Part shown: positions 54,843-64,000 of the stretch, piece by piece
How the letters are laid out: each line of letters opens with the position of its first letter
How positions within the stretch are numbered: position 1 is the first letter of the stretch
Assembly (NCBI GenBank): GCA_001785985.1
Contig: MFVE01000005.1
Location: forward strand, 112,533-176,532
Direction: 5' to 3'
Length of the DNA: 64,000 bases
DNA from: Candidatus Nomurabacteria bacterium RIFCSPLOWO2_01_FULL_42_17
GTDB taxonomy: Bacteria > Patescibacteriota > Minisyncoccia > Phycocordibacterales > UBA9973
Translations under genes and position numbers: made by a program
The notes under the pieces: model-generated
Databases searched by the model: none
What the model saw: only the letters and a program-made list of their open reading frames with translations
Told to the model about the DNA's origin: nothing

Positions 54843-56888
54843 GTGAAAAAAGATATGACTAAATTTTTTAGAGAACAAATTGAAAAAATAAATTTGATTT
54901 ATGGCGTGAAGCTTGTCGTGCTTTTTTTAATATATTTCGCTACGGCCAAATTAGGTCTCCAATTCGACGCCGTGAGCGGTTTTGCGACACTGGTCTGGCC
55001 GCCGACTGGTATTGCCATTGCGGGAATTTTAATTTTTGGATATAGATATTGGCCAGCGATATTCTTGGGCGCTTTTCTGGTTAATTTCAGCACTGGCGCT
55101 CCGGCCCTCGTAGCGCTTGGAATAGGTTTAGGCAACATGCTAGAAGCGGTTATCGGAGTTTTTTTAGCAAGAAGATTCGGCTTTATGAGAGAAAAAGGGG
55201 AGCTAAAAAATATTTTGCTTTTTATCTTCTTCTGCGTCTTGGGAAGCACTGCGCTGGCAGCTACAATCGGAGTGACTAGCTTGTGGCTGGGTGGCATAGT
55301 ATCTCTCGCAACATATAAAGCGACCTGGATCGCCTGGTGGGTAGGAGACGCGCTGGGAGCATTGATCGTTGGGAATTTAATAATAAATTTTCGGGAGAGA
55401 TTGTCTCTGAAAAACTTTAAATTAAAAAAAGCAGCCGAGGGAATTTTATTCTTTCTTATTCTGATTGTTTGTAATTTGTTCGTTTTTACAAATTTCTTCA
55501 CAACGAAAACGATCGAAACAAACAATCCAATAATTGTTTATACGATTTTCCCTCTTTTGATCTGGGCCTCGCTTCGCTTCGGAAAATCTGGCGCAGTCTT
55601 AGCCGTATTTGTCACCTCGGTCATTTCCATTTGGGGGACAGTGTTGAAGCAAGGTCCGTTTGGAGTGGGAGAATTGAGCGATAATCTTCTCTTGCTGCAA
55701 GGGTATATCGGGGTAATTGCCGGCACAAGCATGATACTTTCGGCGGTGATCGAAGAACGTTTAAAAACAGAGAGAGAATTGACCAATGAGCGAAATAAAG
55801 ATGAGGCAATTTTAGAGAGTATCGGAGAGGGAGTCATCATCACGGATACAAATGGTGTCATCCTTATGATCAACCGTTCGGCGCAGATCATGCTTGGGCT
55901 CGAGCCGGCTCGCGCAATCGGAAGTTATTATGAAAAAGTGATCCATATCGAAGACAAGAGAGAAACGCCCTTAGTGATAGCAAACTGCCCGTTTACATTG
56001 GTATTGTCTTCAAATAAAGTCATAACTGATAACTATTATTTTCGTCCTCGCAATAATAAAAAGTTTGCCGTAAATATGACCACCTCTCCAATCGTTTTTG
56101 AACAAAAAGTTGTCGGAGTGATCGACGTTTTTCGTGACATTACCCATGAAATAGAAATTGACAAGGCAAAATCTGAATTCGTTTCCCTAGCCTCGCATCA
56201 GTTGCGCACACCGCTGACTACTATGAAATGGTATTCGCGCGCGCTCATGAAAGAAGAAAGCGAGAAACTTTCTCCTAAACAGCTGGAATATGTGAAAGAG
56301 ATGTATCACAACAATGAACGCATGATTGAATTGATAAATTCACTGCTCAACGTTTCCCGCATTGAGCTTGGCAGATTTATCATCAAACCGGTAGAAATAA
56401 ACATACGTGAAATTGCCAATGAAGTCATCCACGACATCACCCCTTATACAGACGGCAAAAAGATAGTAATCAAAAAACATTACGATGAAAAAATCCCGCT
56501 TGCTATGATCGACCCCAATTTATTAAAAATTATTTTGCAAAACTTGCTCGCTAACAGCATCAAATATTCCAAGAAACACGCCACTGTTAATTTTTATATT
56601 GAAAATAAAGAAAAGGAAATTTTGTTTATTATTGCCGATAAAGGATGCGGTATTGCGAAAAACCAGCAAGAAAAAATCTTCACGAAAATGTTTCGCACTG
56701 ACAATGCCAGAATGATAGATCCGGAAGGCAGTGGCCTCGGACTTTATATTGTAAAATCAATTATCGAGCAATCAGGCGGTCGCATTTGGTTTAGTTCAGC
56801 GATAAATGAAGGCAGCACCTTTTACGTTGCCCTGCCCCTTTTAGGCACAATAAAAAGAGAGCCGGGTTCTAGACTTATTTATTCATAA
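54843..56888 (+). CDS. MASE1-PAS sensor histidine kinase
   Basis: VWPPTG and WWVGDALG (MASE1); ILESIGEGV (PAS); ASHQLRTP; GSGLGL. Confidence 0.94.
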   Translation: MKKDMTKFFREQIEKINLIYGVKLVVLFLIYFATAKLGLQFDAVSGFATLVWPPTGIAIAGILIFGYRYWPAIFLGAFLVNFSTGAPALVALGIGLGNMLEAVIGVFLARRFGFMREKGELKNILLFIFFCVLGSTALAATIGVTSLWLGGIVSLATYKATWIAWWVGDALGALIVGNLIINFRERLSLKNFKLKKAAEGILFFLILIVCNLFVFTNFFTTKTIETNNPIIVYTIFPLLIWASLRFGKSGAVLAVFVTSVISIWGTVLKQGPFGVGELSDNLLLLQGYIGVIAGTSMILSAVIEERLKTERELTNERNKDEAILESIGEGVIITDTNGVILMINRSAQIMLGLEPARAIGSYYEKVIHIEDKRETPLVIANCPFTLVLSSNKVITDNYYFRPRNNKKFAVNMTTSPIVFEQKVVGVIDVFRDITHEIEIDKAKSEFVSLASHQLRTPLTTMKWYSRALMKEESEKLSPKQLEYVKEMYHNNERMIELINSLLNVSRIELGRFIIKPVEINIREIANEVIHDITPYTDGKKIVIKKHYDEKIPLAMIDPNLLKIILQNLLANSIKYSKKHATVNFYIENKEKEILFIIADKGCGIAKNQQEKIFTKMFRTDNARMIDPEGSGLGLYIVKSIIEQSGGRIWFSSAINEGSTFYVALPLLGTIKREPGSRLIYS

Positions 56889-56907
56889 GTAATACAATTA
56901 TAGGCAG

Positions 56908-57306
56908 ATGGAAACAGAAGAAAAAAAGAAAATATTGATTGTGGAGGATGAATCATCAATGTTGAAAATTTTGGTTGATAGTTTCGAAAAGGAAAATTTT
57001 TCAACGCTGGAAGCGCGAGATGGCGAAATCGCATTCAGAAAAGCGCTCGAGGAAAGACCGGATATAATTCTCCTAGACATTTTGTTGCCGAAAATAGACG
57101 GCCTGACGGTGCTCAAGAAATTAAGAAAAGAAAACGAATACGGGAAAAAAGTTCCAGTGATTCTCCTGACCAACTTGAATCCAGATCGAGAAGAAATAAA
57201 TAAAGTAATAGCCGAAAATAATCCGGCTTATTATTTGGTAAAAACAAACTGGAACATAGAAGATGTCGTGGAAAAAGTAAAAGAGCGTTTATCTCGCTCT
57301 GATTAG
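56908..57306 (+). CDS. Single-domain response regulator
   Basis: ILIVED; LLDILLP; ILLTN; YLVK. Confidence 0.95.
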   Translation: METEEKKKILIVEDESSMLKILVDSFEKENFSTLEARDGEIAFRKALEERPDIILLDILLPKIDGLTVLKKLRKENEYGKKVPVILLTNLNPDREEINKVIAENNPAYYLVKTNWNIEDVVEKVKERLSRSD

Positions 57307-57959
57307 AAAGCTTCCAATAGAAACTGTTCAAAAGCTGATTCGGTATCACGCCCTTCTTTGCGCGCTTGCGGCAAGAGATAGGCCAAGCGCGAAGCCGAGT
57401 TTTTGAGTTCAATTTCAGAAAATTTATTAAAATCTTTTTTAATTGTCATATCTTTTATCTTCCAGAAAAGGACCCCAATAATTTCCTCCATCCCCACCCC
57501 CTTGTCCATCGCCTGGCGAAAATAGATCCACATATTCAACTTATCTTTTTTCCCGAAAGCATTGGCTACTAGAAAATTGTCAAATTTTTCTTTCTTCTCT
57601 TTTGGTAATTCAAATATATTAAGCTGAAGAATTTTTGGCTCGGCTTTTTTAAAATCATCTAGGATGGATTTACTCAGCTTCCCTTCCAGAAATACAAAGG
57701 AGTTGGGGGACTTTTCCATCAGTTTCAATTTATCCAAGATAAAATCTCTAGCTTCTTCGTGGTCAAGAATATTTTGAAAAATCACCGCTGATAAAGGAGA
57801 AAAAAGGCTCGCGCCGGAATAAAAGCTTTCTATCTGAATAGGATTAAAATCATTTCGGTTAATAAAAAAGGTCTCTACACCTTTTGGTAGGGATTTTATG
57901 AATTTTTCATAACTCGCAAGCTTGTTTTTCGCATCGTCGCCAGAGAAAAGATAGATCAT
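57303..57959 (-). CDS. DNA polymerase III delta-like protein (short HolA-like)
   Basis: MIYLFSGDD N-terminus; IIGVLFW; FEQFLL C-terminus. Confidence 0.65.
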   Translation of the reverse strand: MIYLFSGDDAKNKLASYEKFIKSLPKGVETFFINRNDFNPIQIESFYSGASLFSPLSAVIFQNILDHEEARDFILDKLKLMEKSPNSFVFLEGKLSKSILDDFKKAEPKILQLNIFELPKEKKEKFDNFLVANAFGKKDKLNMWIYFRQAMDKGVGMEEIIGVLFWKIKDMTIKKDFNKFSEIELKNSASRLAYLLPQARKEGRDTESAFEQFLLEAF

Positions 57960-57962
57960 AAG

Positions 57963-58433
57963 TTAAAGTTTAACTGATTTTTTATATTCCAGATACGGAG
58001 CGCCATATTTTTCCGCAAGCACCGCATCTTGTTTCTTTAAGAAAAAAAACTTAGAGATAAAGAGAGAGATAATGGTAGACAAAACCACGAAAAACGCGTT
58101 GGCAATAATGCCAAATCCCAACACCAAGGAAAAAAGTCCCCAATGCGTGGGATGCCGACTGTAACAATAGGGCCCCTTGCAAAAAGTCTCTTTACTGAGA
58201 TTCTCTATGTTGAAATTTCGGGATGTTTTCTGAGCCCAGAGAATCAAAAAACTGGCAAATACTAGAAAGATAATACCAATTACCGAAAAAATAGGATTGG
58301 TAAAGATTTTAATTTGAAAAATAAAATCAAGAGTTACGCCAATTAAAAATAAAATGAAGTACATCGTGTACGAATGCGCCAAAATCTTGTGTACCCGATA
58401 TTGCCTAGGACTTTTTTGATTAATAACCTGCAT
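57963..58433 (-). CDS. Isoprenylcysteine carboxyl methyltransferase/PEMT-like membrane protein
   Basis: GPYCYSRHP; LAEKYG..Y.EYKK.V. Confidence 0.85.
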   Translation of the reverse strand: MQVINQKSPRQYRVHKILAHSYTMYFILFLIGVTLDFIFQIKIFTNPIFSVIGIIFLVFASFLILWAQKTSRNFNIENLSKETFCKGPYCYSRHPTHWGLFSLVLGFGIIANAFFVVLSTIISLFISKFFFLKKQDAVLAEKYGAPYLEYKKSVKL

Positions 58434-58456
58434 TTGCCTATTATACTACAAAAAAT

Positions 58457-60859
58457 TTATTTCACCTCTCCAAAATTATCGCCACAGCCGGAGTGGACTT
58501 CGAGTGGAATATCGGTTTTGTAATGCAAATACGACCTTTCGAGGACGCTCGCCATAGCCTGTTTTATTATTTCATCAGCCCTTTCCAAGACGCTTTCGTC
58601 CACTTCGTATACTAGCTCATCGTGAATTTGCAGCACGAGATGAACCTGATCGAAAAGTCCGGCGCTCTTTAGATCCTCGTCCGCGTACCTGATAGCGAGC
58701 TTGATGATGTCTGCGGCGGTGCCTTGCACTGGCGCGTTGGTCGCCGTCCGTTCGGCCATATTTTTCAAGAACGGGATTTTGGAATTTATATTCGGGAAAA
58801 ATCTCCGCCTGCCAAACAAAGTCTCGGTAAAAGAATTTTTCAGAGCAAACTTTTTTACCTCTTCTAGATAATCCCGCACTCCCGAAAATTGATTAAAATA
58901 ATTATCATAAAACTTCTGCGCTTCTTCGCGGGTGCCACCGAGATTTTTGCGCAAAGCCGAGACTCCCATGCCGTAAATAATTCCAAAATTTATCACTTTC
59001 GCCTGGCGTCGCATTTCACTATCCACTTTTTCTATCGGGACACCGAAAACAAAGGAGGCTACGCCGGCGTGAATGTCTTTTTGATCTCTGAATATCTGGG
59101 TCATCTTTTTATCGCCGGAGAGCATAGCGGCCACACGCAGCTCGATCTGGCTATAATCAAAAGCGCAAAGTTTGGAGCCTTTAGGCGCGATAAATCCGTT
59201 GCGGATCCTTTTTCCCAGAGCTGTCTTGATGGGTAAGTTTTGCAAATTTGGATCCTGTGAAGAAAATCTGCCCGTGGTGCTACCATTTTGTAAAAATTTT
59301 GCGTGCAACCGGCTATCTGCGCCCGCCATCTTGGGAATTACGTCAATGTAAGTGGAAAGTAATTTCTGCAATTCTCGATAAGCTAAAATTTCTTTTATTA
59401 TTGGGTTGGCTTCTTCTAATTCTTCCAAAACGGAAACTTTAGTAGAAAAAGATCCTGTCGCGTTTGCTTTTTTACTAGACTTCATACCCATTTTGCCAAA
59501 AAGCACCTCCCCCATTTGTTTTGGTGAATTGATATTAAACTCTGTGCCCGCCAGTTCATATATTTTTGCCGTTAACTTGTCTAGCTTTTTATGGTATTCC
59601 ACTGACAAATTTTCAAAATATTTTTTATCAATAAGGATTCCATGTTCTTCCATTTGTTTTACGATATGGATTATCGGACGCTCAATTTCTTCGTAAACTT
59701 TCTCCAGCTTGTCCTCTTTTAATTGCTTAAATACATAATCGTAAGCAGCATCGAATGAATCAGCGCCCGCAAACATCAAAATGTCATCCAACTGCGGATT
59801 GGGTATGTCGGAATTGATGAGCCAGAGGGCAATGCTAGCTTCTTGTAATTTTACTGTATCAACTTTAGTGTTTGTTTTTTCTTCTTTTTTAGAATTACCA
59901 TTAAAAAAATTCTTGAGACGTCCAAACAAACTTCTAAATTCAAATTTAGTAAAAACTGCTTCTACCTTTTTTAAATCAGCATTTTCCCAAAAGGTCTTTT
60001 CTGGTAATCTAAAATCTAGTGGCGCATCAGTCCGAATTTTTGCTAAAGTTTTTGAAAATAAAGCTTCTTCCTCATTATTTTTAATTAATTCTATGATTCT
60101 AGGACTTATTCCAGCTTTTTTAAAAATGGCTTCACCTTTCTTGATTTTCTCATAAATTTCTTCTATCGTGCCGAAATTTGTAATCAGAGTAGTAGCCGTT
60201 TTCTCTCCGATGCCTTTGATACCGATAATATTATCCGAGGCATCTCCGCGGAGTCCCTTGTAGTCCGGCAAAAGCGCCGGCTTGAAGCCAAAACGCGCTA
60301 CAACTGCGTCTTCATCGTATAAAATAGTTTCGTTGATACCTTTCTTTAGAGTATAGACTTGCACTTTTTTATCGTCCACCAACTGCATCGTATCCATGTC
60401 ACCGGAGGCAATGATGATATTTATCCCGTTAGAGGCAGAGGGTCGCTGCGAGCCCTCGCGGCCTCTAACGGGATTTATTTGCTTAACGATCGTCCCCAGC
60501 ACATCGTCTGCTTCGAAACCTGGAGCATCATATATAGGCACATTAAAAGCTTCGAAAATGGCTCGGGAATTTTTTAGCTGCATTATCAAGGCATCGTCCG
60601 CTTTGACTCGGCCGGCCTTGTATTGATCATAGGCTTCATGCCTAAATGTCTTCCCGGGCAGATCATAACAAGCCACAATATAATCCGGTTTTAGATCCGT
60701 AACGATTTTCATCAGCATCGAAGCGAGTCCATAGAGCGCTCCTGTCGGCTCGCCCTTGGACGACAAAAACTCGGGCAAGGCATGATAAGCGCGATGAATG
60801 ATGGCGTGAGCATCCAATAAAACTATGGTCTTTTTAGGCTGATTATCTCCTTTAGGCAT
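58457..60859 (-). CDS. polA: DNA polymerase I
   Basis: 5'-3' exonuclease (EADD, GDASDN); DYSQIELR; NFGIIYG; QIHDEL. Confidence 0.97.
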   Translation of the reverse strand: MPKGDNQPKKTIVLLDAHAIIHRAYHALPEFLSSKGEPTGALYGLASMLMKIVTDLKPDYIVACYDLPGKTFRHEAYDQYKAGRVKADDALIMQLKNSRAIFEAFNVPIYDAPGFEADDVLGTIVKQINPVRGREGSQRPSASNGINIIIASGDMDTMQLVDDKKVQVYTLKKGINETILYDEDAVVARFGFKPALLPDYKGLRGDASDNIIGIKGIGEKTATTLITNFGTIEEIYEKIKKGEAIFKKAGISPRIIELIKNNEEEALFSKTLAKIRTDAPLDFRLPEKTFWENADLKKVEAVFTKFEFRSLFGRLKNFFNGNSKKEEKTNTKVDTVKLQEASIALWLINSDIPNPQLDDILMFAGADSFDAAYDYVFKQLKEDKLEKVYEEIERPIIHIVKQMEEHGILIDKKYFENLSVEYHKKLDKLTAKIYELAGTEFNINSPKQMGEVLFGKMGMKSSKKANATGSFSTKVSVLEELEEANPIIKEILAYRELQKLLSTYIDVIPKMAGADSRLHAKFLQNGSTTGRFSSQDPNLQNLPIKTALGKRIRNGFIAPKGSKLCAFDYSQIELRVAAMLSGDKKMTQIFRDQKDIHAGVASFVFGVPIEKVDSEMRRQAKVINFGIIYGMGVSALRKNLGGTREEAQKFYDNYFNQFSGVRDYLEEVKKFALKNSFTETLFGRRRFFPNINSKIPFLKNMAERTATNAPVQGTAADIIKLAIRYADEDLKSAGLFDQVHLVLQIHDELVYEVDESVLERADEIIKQAMASVLERSYLHYKTDIPLEVHSGCGDNFGEVK
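60423..60474. repeat. Palindromic element, in frame in polA
   Basis: atcccgttagaggc ... gcctctaacgggat perfect 14-bp inverted repeat; encodes PVRGREGSQRPSASNG. Confidence 0.88.
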
Positions 60860-60897
60860 TATGTAAATAATATCATTTAATATACAATATATACATA

Positions 60898-62595
60898 ATG
60901 GCTTTATTTGACGAAGAAAAACAAAATAAACAGCTGGACGAATTGCATAAAGAAGAAGAGGAACAATTAGTGGCGACGCTCGCAGAATCTAAGTACCATC
61001 TCCCCTATGTAAACCTATATCGCCTAGGCATAGACAACGAAGCGCTCCGGGCGATATCTGAGAAAGATGCGATAGAGATGAAAGTCGCGCCTTTCAAGCT
61101 TTTCGGAAAAAATATTTTCATCGCCGTCCGCTCTCCATCAGGTGACCTTTTTAAAACATTAAAAGAGGAAGTGGAGAGGCATAACTTGATACCTACTTTT
61201 TATATGGCATCGAACGCCAGCCTGAGTAAAGTATGGGACAGATATAAAGAAATTTCTCTGGCTGAAAACTCCAAGGTCGGAGGATTAGATATCTCGCCTG
61301 AGATTTTAAGAGACACAGCCAAGAATATTTCGCACATGCAAGATATCGAGAAGCTGGTCATCGAAGCCCTGGAAGGAAATAAAATTCATAAAATTTCGCG
61401 CTTGCTGGAGATAATCCTGGCTGGCGCAATCGCCATCAAAGCTTCAGACATCCACATAGAACCGGAACAAAGCAGAGGCAGACTCCGCTTGCGTCTCGAC
61501 GGCGTGCTCCAAGATATAAATTTCTTCGGACTAGATATCTATCGCTTGCTCAATTCACGCATCAAACTCCTCTCCGGCATGAAACTAACTTCTAAGATCG
61601 CGCAAGACGGACGTTTTAGCATTATGGAAGACAAGGACGAAATAAATATCCGTACTTCTCTGATTCCCGGAGCTTATGGCGAATCGATAGTCATGCGTAT
61701 CTTGGACCCAAAATCCATCCAGGTAAAACTGGAGGAATTGGGGATAGAGCCCTATCTGTTTTCGGTGATCGAACAAGAAATCGCCAAGCCAAATGGTTTG
61801 ATCCTGGTCACCGGTCCGACTGGAAGCGGAAAAACGACTACCCTTTACGCTTTTCTCCGAAAAATATATTCTCCGGACATAAAAATAATAACTATTGAAG
61901 ATCCGATCGAATATCATTTGCCCGGCATTACCCAAACTCAGACAAACGATCAGAGAGGCTATACATTCGTAGAAGGATTACGTTCCGCCCTGCGCCAAGA
62001 TCCAGATGTAGTGATGGTCGGAGAAATTCGCGACAATGAAACTGCTGAAACAGCCGTGCAATCCGCCCTCACTGGCCACATCGTTTTTTCCACCCTGCAT
62101 ACCAATAATGCCGCCGGCGTCATCCCTAGATTGATTGATCTCGGAGTAAATCCAAAAATTCTGGTCTCTGCCCTCTCTCTTTCCATCGCCCAGCGTCTGG
62201 TCCGCGTGCTCTGCCAATCCTGCAAAAAAGAAAACGATCCGACCGCTGAAGAAGCGAAAATTATAAAATTAGTGCTAGATAGCATGAAAGCAGAAGAAAA
62301 AGATGCTTCAAAATACAATATTAAAAATGAAGCATCTTTTAAGATTTTCTCCCCAGTCGGCTGTGATAAATGCAACCAGATCGGCTACAAAGGGCGAATC
62401 GGCATTTTCGAAGCGATAAAAACCGACGAATCCATAGAGAAAATAATCCCAACAAACCCAAGCGAACATGAAATCAAAAAAACAGCGCGCGCCCAGGGCA
62501 TACTCTCAATGCGACAAGACGGTATGGTAAAAATATTAAACGGCATCACCTCGATCACCGAAGTGCAAAGCGTGGTGGATTTGAACGAGGAGTAA
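60898..62595 (+). CDS. PilB/GspE-family assembly ATPase
   Basis: ASDIHIEP; QDGRF; GPTGSGKTT; EDPIEY; LRQDPD; TLHTN. Confidence 0.95.
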   Translation: MALFDEEKQNKQLDELHKEEEEQLVATLAESKYHLPYVNLYRLGIDNEALRAISEKDAIEMKVAPFKLFGKNIFIAVRSPSGDLFKTLKEEVERHNLIPTFYMASNASLSKVWDRYKEISLAENSKVGGLDISPEILRDTAKNISHMQDIEKLVIEALEGNKIHKISRLLEIILAGAIAIKASDIHIEPEQSRGRLRLRLDGVLQDINFFGLDIYRLLNSRIKLLSGMKLTSKIAQDGRFSIMEDKDEINIRTSLIPGAYGESIVMRILDPKSIQVKLEELGIEPYLFSVIEQEIAKPNGLILVTGPTGSGKTTTLYAFLRKIYSPDIKIITIEDPIEYHLPGITQTQTNDQRGYTFVEGLRSALRQDPDVVMVGEIRDNETAETAVQSALTGHIVFSTLHTNNAAGVIPRLIDLGVNPKILVSALSLSIAQRLVRVLCQSCKKENDPTAEEAKIIKLVLDSMKAEEKDASKYNIKNEASFKIFSPVGCDKCNQIGYKGRIGIFEAIKTDESIEKIIPTNPSEHEIKKTARAQGILSMRQDGMVKILNGITSITEVQSVVDLNEE

Positions 62596-62607
62596 TTTTA
62601 TTTTATC

Positions 62608-63453
62608 TTATTTTGTCTTATTTATCTCCCCCTTAAATACAAACTCTGCCGGGCCACGGAGGATTATTTCGCCTTCTTTGTTTTCGGACAGATATAAATT
62701 CCCACCCGGGAATTCTAATGTTATTTCTTGCGTTAGGTCTTGCACTGGGTTTTGTTTAAGGCAAGCATATACAGCGCAAGCGCCGGTGCCACAGGCTAGT
62801 GTCGCCCCGCTTCCGCGTTCCCAGACTTTCACTTTAAAATGATTGTCTTTGATTTTTTCTACTAATTCCACATTTATTTTATTTGGAAAATGAGAATCAT
62901 TCTCTATAATGGGTCCAATCTGTGATATGTCAATCAGAGAAATATCTTTTACCATTCCCACGGCATGCGGATTGCCCATCGAGACAAATTTAAAAGCAAT
63001 ATTTTCTAAAGTAAGTGAATCTTTAGGAAAATCATTGTGAACAAATACTGGAACCCCCATATTTACGGAAAAACTTCCGTCTTCATTTATGACTATCCTT
63101 TTTATTCCAGCTCTCGTATCAATAGATACCTCTTTTATTTTATTTTCTTTGAGTTTGATGTGTTCTAAGAAAAATTTAGCGACGCACCGCACCCCGTTGC
63201 CACACATTTCCGCAATCGTTCCATCAGCATTGTAATAATTCATAAAACAATCCGCTTGTGGTGAGCCCGCCCTATCCACCTTGTCCGAAGATTCGACAAG
63301 TATCAGACCATCCGCGCCTATACCAAAATGGCGATCGCATAAAAGTTTGATATTTTTTGTAGCTTGAACGGGAAAATTTTTAGCGCGATTGTCTATCAAA
63401 ATAAAATCATTCCCAGCGCCGTGATATTTATAGAATTTGGTCATCATAGTCAA
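62608..63453 (-). CDS. dapF: Diaminopimelate epimerase
   Basis: HGAGNDF; GIGADG; EMCGNG; GNPH; ERG..TLACGTG. Confidence 0.96.
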   Translation of the reverse strand: MTMMTKFYKYHGAGNDFILIDNRAKNFPVQATKNIKLLCDRHFGIGADGLILVESSDKVDRAGSPQADCFMNYYNADGTIAEMCGNGVRCVAKFFLEHIKLKENKIKEVSIDTRAGIKRIVINEDGSFSVNMGVPVFVHNDFPKDSLTLENIAFKFVSMGNPHAVGMVKDISLIDISQIGPIIENDSHFPNKINVELVEKIKDNHFKVKVWERGSGATLACGTGACAVYACLKQNPVQDLTQEITLEFPGGNLYLSENKEGEIILRGPAEFVFKGEINKTK

Positions 63454-63463
63454 TATTTGAATA

Positions 63464-64000
63464 TTACTTTATATACCCCTTTTTTACCAATAATTCAGCC
63501 GTAAGAACACTGCCTCCAGCTGCGCCCCGAACAGTGTTGTGCGATAGGGCAACGCACTTCCAGCCTAAAACAGAATCCTCTCTAAGACGGCCGATGCTGA
63601 TAGCCATACCGTTGCCCAAGCCGCGATCTAAACGTGTTTGCGGCCTATTTTCCTCTTCAAAATATTTCAAAAATGGTTTTGGAGCGGAAGGCAAACCTAA
63701 TTCATCTAAAGGATTCTTAAAATTTTTCAAGGCTTTGATTAACTTCTCTTTAGTTACTTTTTTGCCAAACTGTATGTTAATTGTGGCTAGATGACCGTCA
63801 GAAACAGGCACTCGCACACAATTGGCTGAAATTTTTATTTTATTTTCTAAAACAAATCCTCCTTTTCCCCCAATATTTAGCCTGCCCAAAATTTTCTTGG
63901 GTTCCTTTTCGGATTTCTCCTCTTCACCTCCCCCGATATAAGGTATGACGTTGTCGATCATCTCCGGCCAAGTTTTAAAAGTTTTACCCGCGCCGGAAAT
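63464..64000 (-). CDS. asd: Aspartate-semialdehyde dehydrogenase (3' part; runs off the window)
   Basis: DNVIPYI..EEEK; CVRVPVSDGH; HNTVRGAAG. Confidence 0.93.
   Translation of the reverse strand: MSGAGKTFKTWPEMIDNVIPYIGGGEEEKSEKEPKKILGRLNIGGKGGFVLENKIKISANCVRVPVSDGHLATINIQFGKKVTKEKLIKALKNFKNPLDELGLPSAPKPFLKYFEEENRPQTRLDRGLGNGMAISIGRLREDSVLGWKCVALSHNTVRGAAGGSVLTAELLVKKGYIK

Noticed and set aside
141-63794. Many short ORFs in the track antisense to or overlapping recognised genes (e.g. 990-1256, 36928-37542, 54899-55525)
   Set aside because: Shadow frames of well-supported genes, with no motifs of their own
1-64000. UGA recoding (genetic code 25) as in some CPR lineages
   Set aside because: Conserved genes are full length under code 11, and several (rplK, murB, uvrA, uvrB) end at TGA

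Overview
64 kb of an AT-rich, gene-dense bacterial chromosome that looks like Patescibacteria/CPR (Parcubacteria, Nomurabacteria-like; inferred from gene content). Housekeeping genes: fusA-rpsG-rpsL, rpmB, thyA-folA, secE-nusG-rplK, murB, rplS, a pilMNO-like operon, nrdAB, rpsT, ruvA, mutM, uvrBAC, polA, pilB, dapF and asd, plus seven tRNAs (one a non-canonical tRNA-His). Main unexplained signals: (1) about a dozen short GC-rich palindromic elements inserted in frame in conserved genes, including one nested in the centre of a copy of its own family; (2) an accessory island at about 18.5-33.8 kb whose modules are separated by four copies of a promoter plus 'MPEGDKKVDWFLWL' gene-start repeat, carrying uncharacterised kinase, nucleotidyltransferase and oxygenase operons and a decarboxylase-exporter-sensor-histidine kinase module; (3) a LAGLIDADG ORF whose stop codon is the anticodon of tRNA-Ser; (4) a conserved structured element behind two tRNAs; (5) a truncated DGR-type reverse transcriptase; (6) a class Ic-type RNR beta subunit. 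All calls come from reading the sequence and ORF translations; no searches were run.
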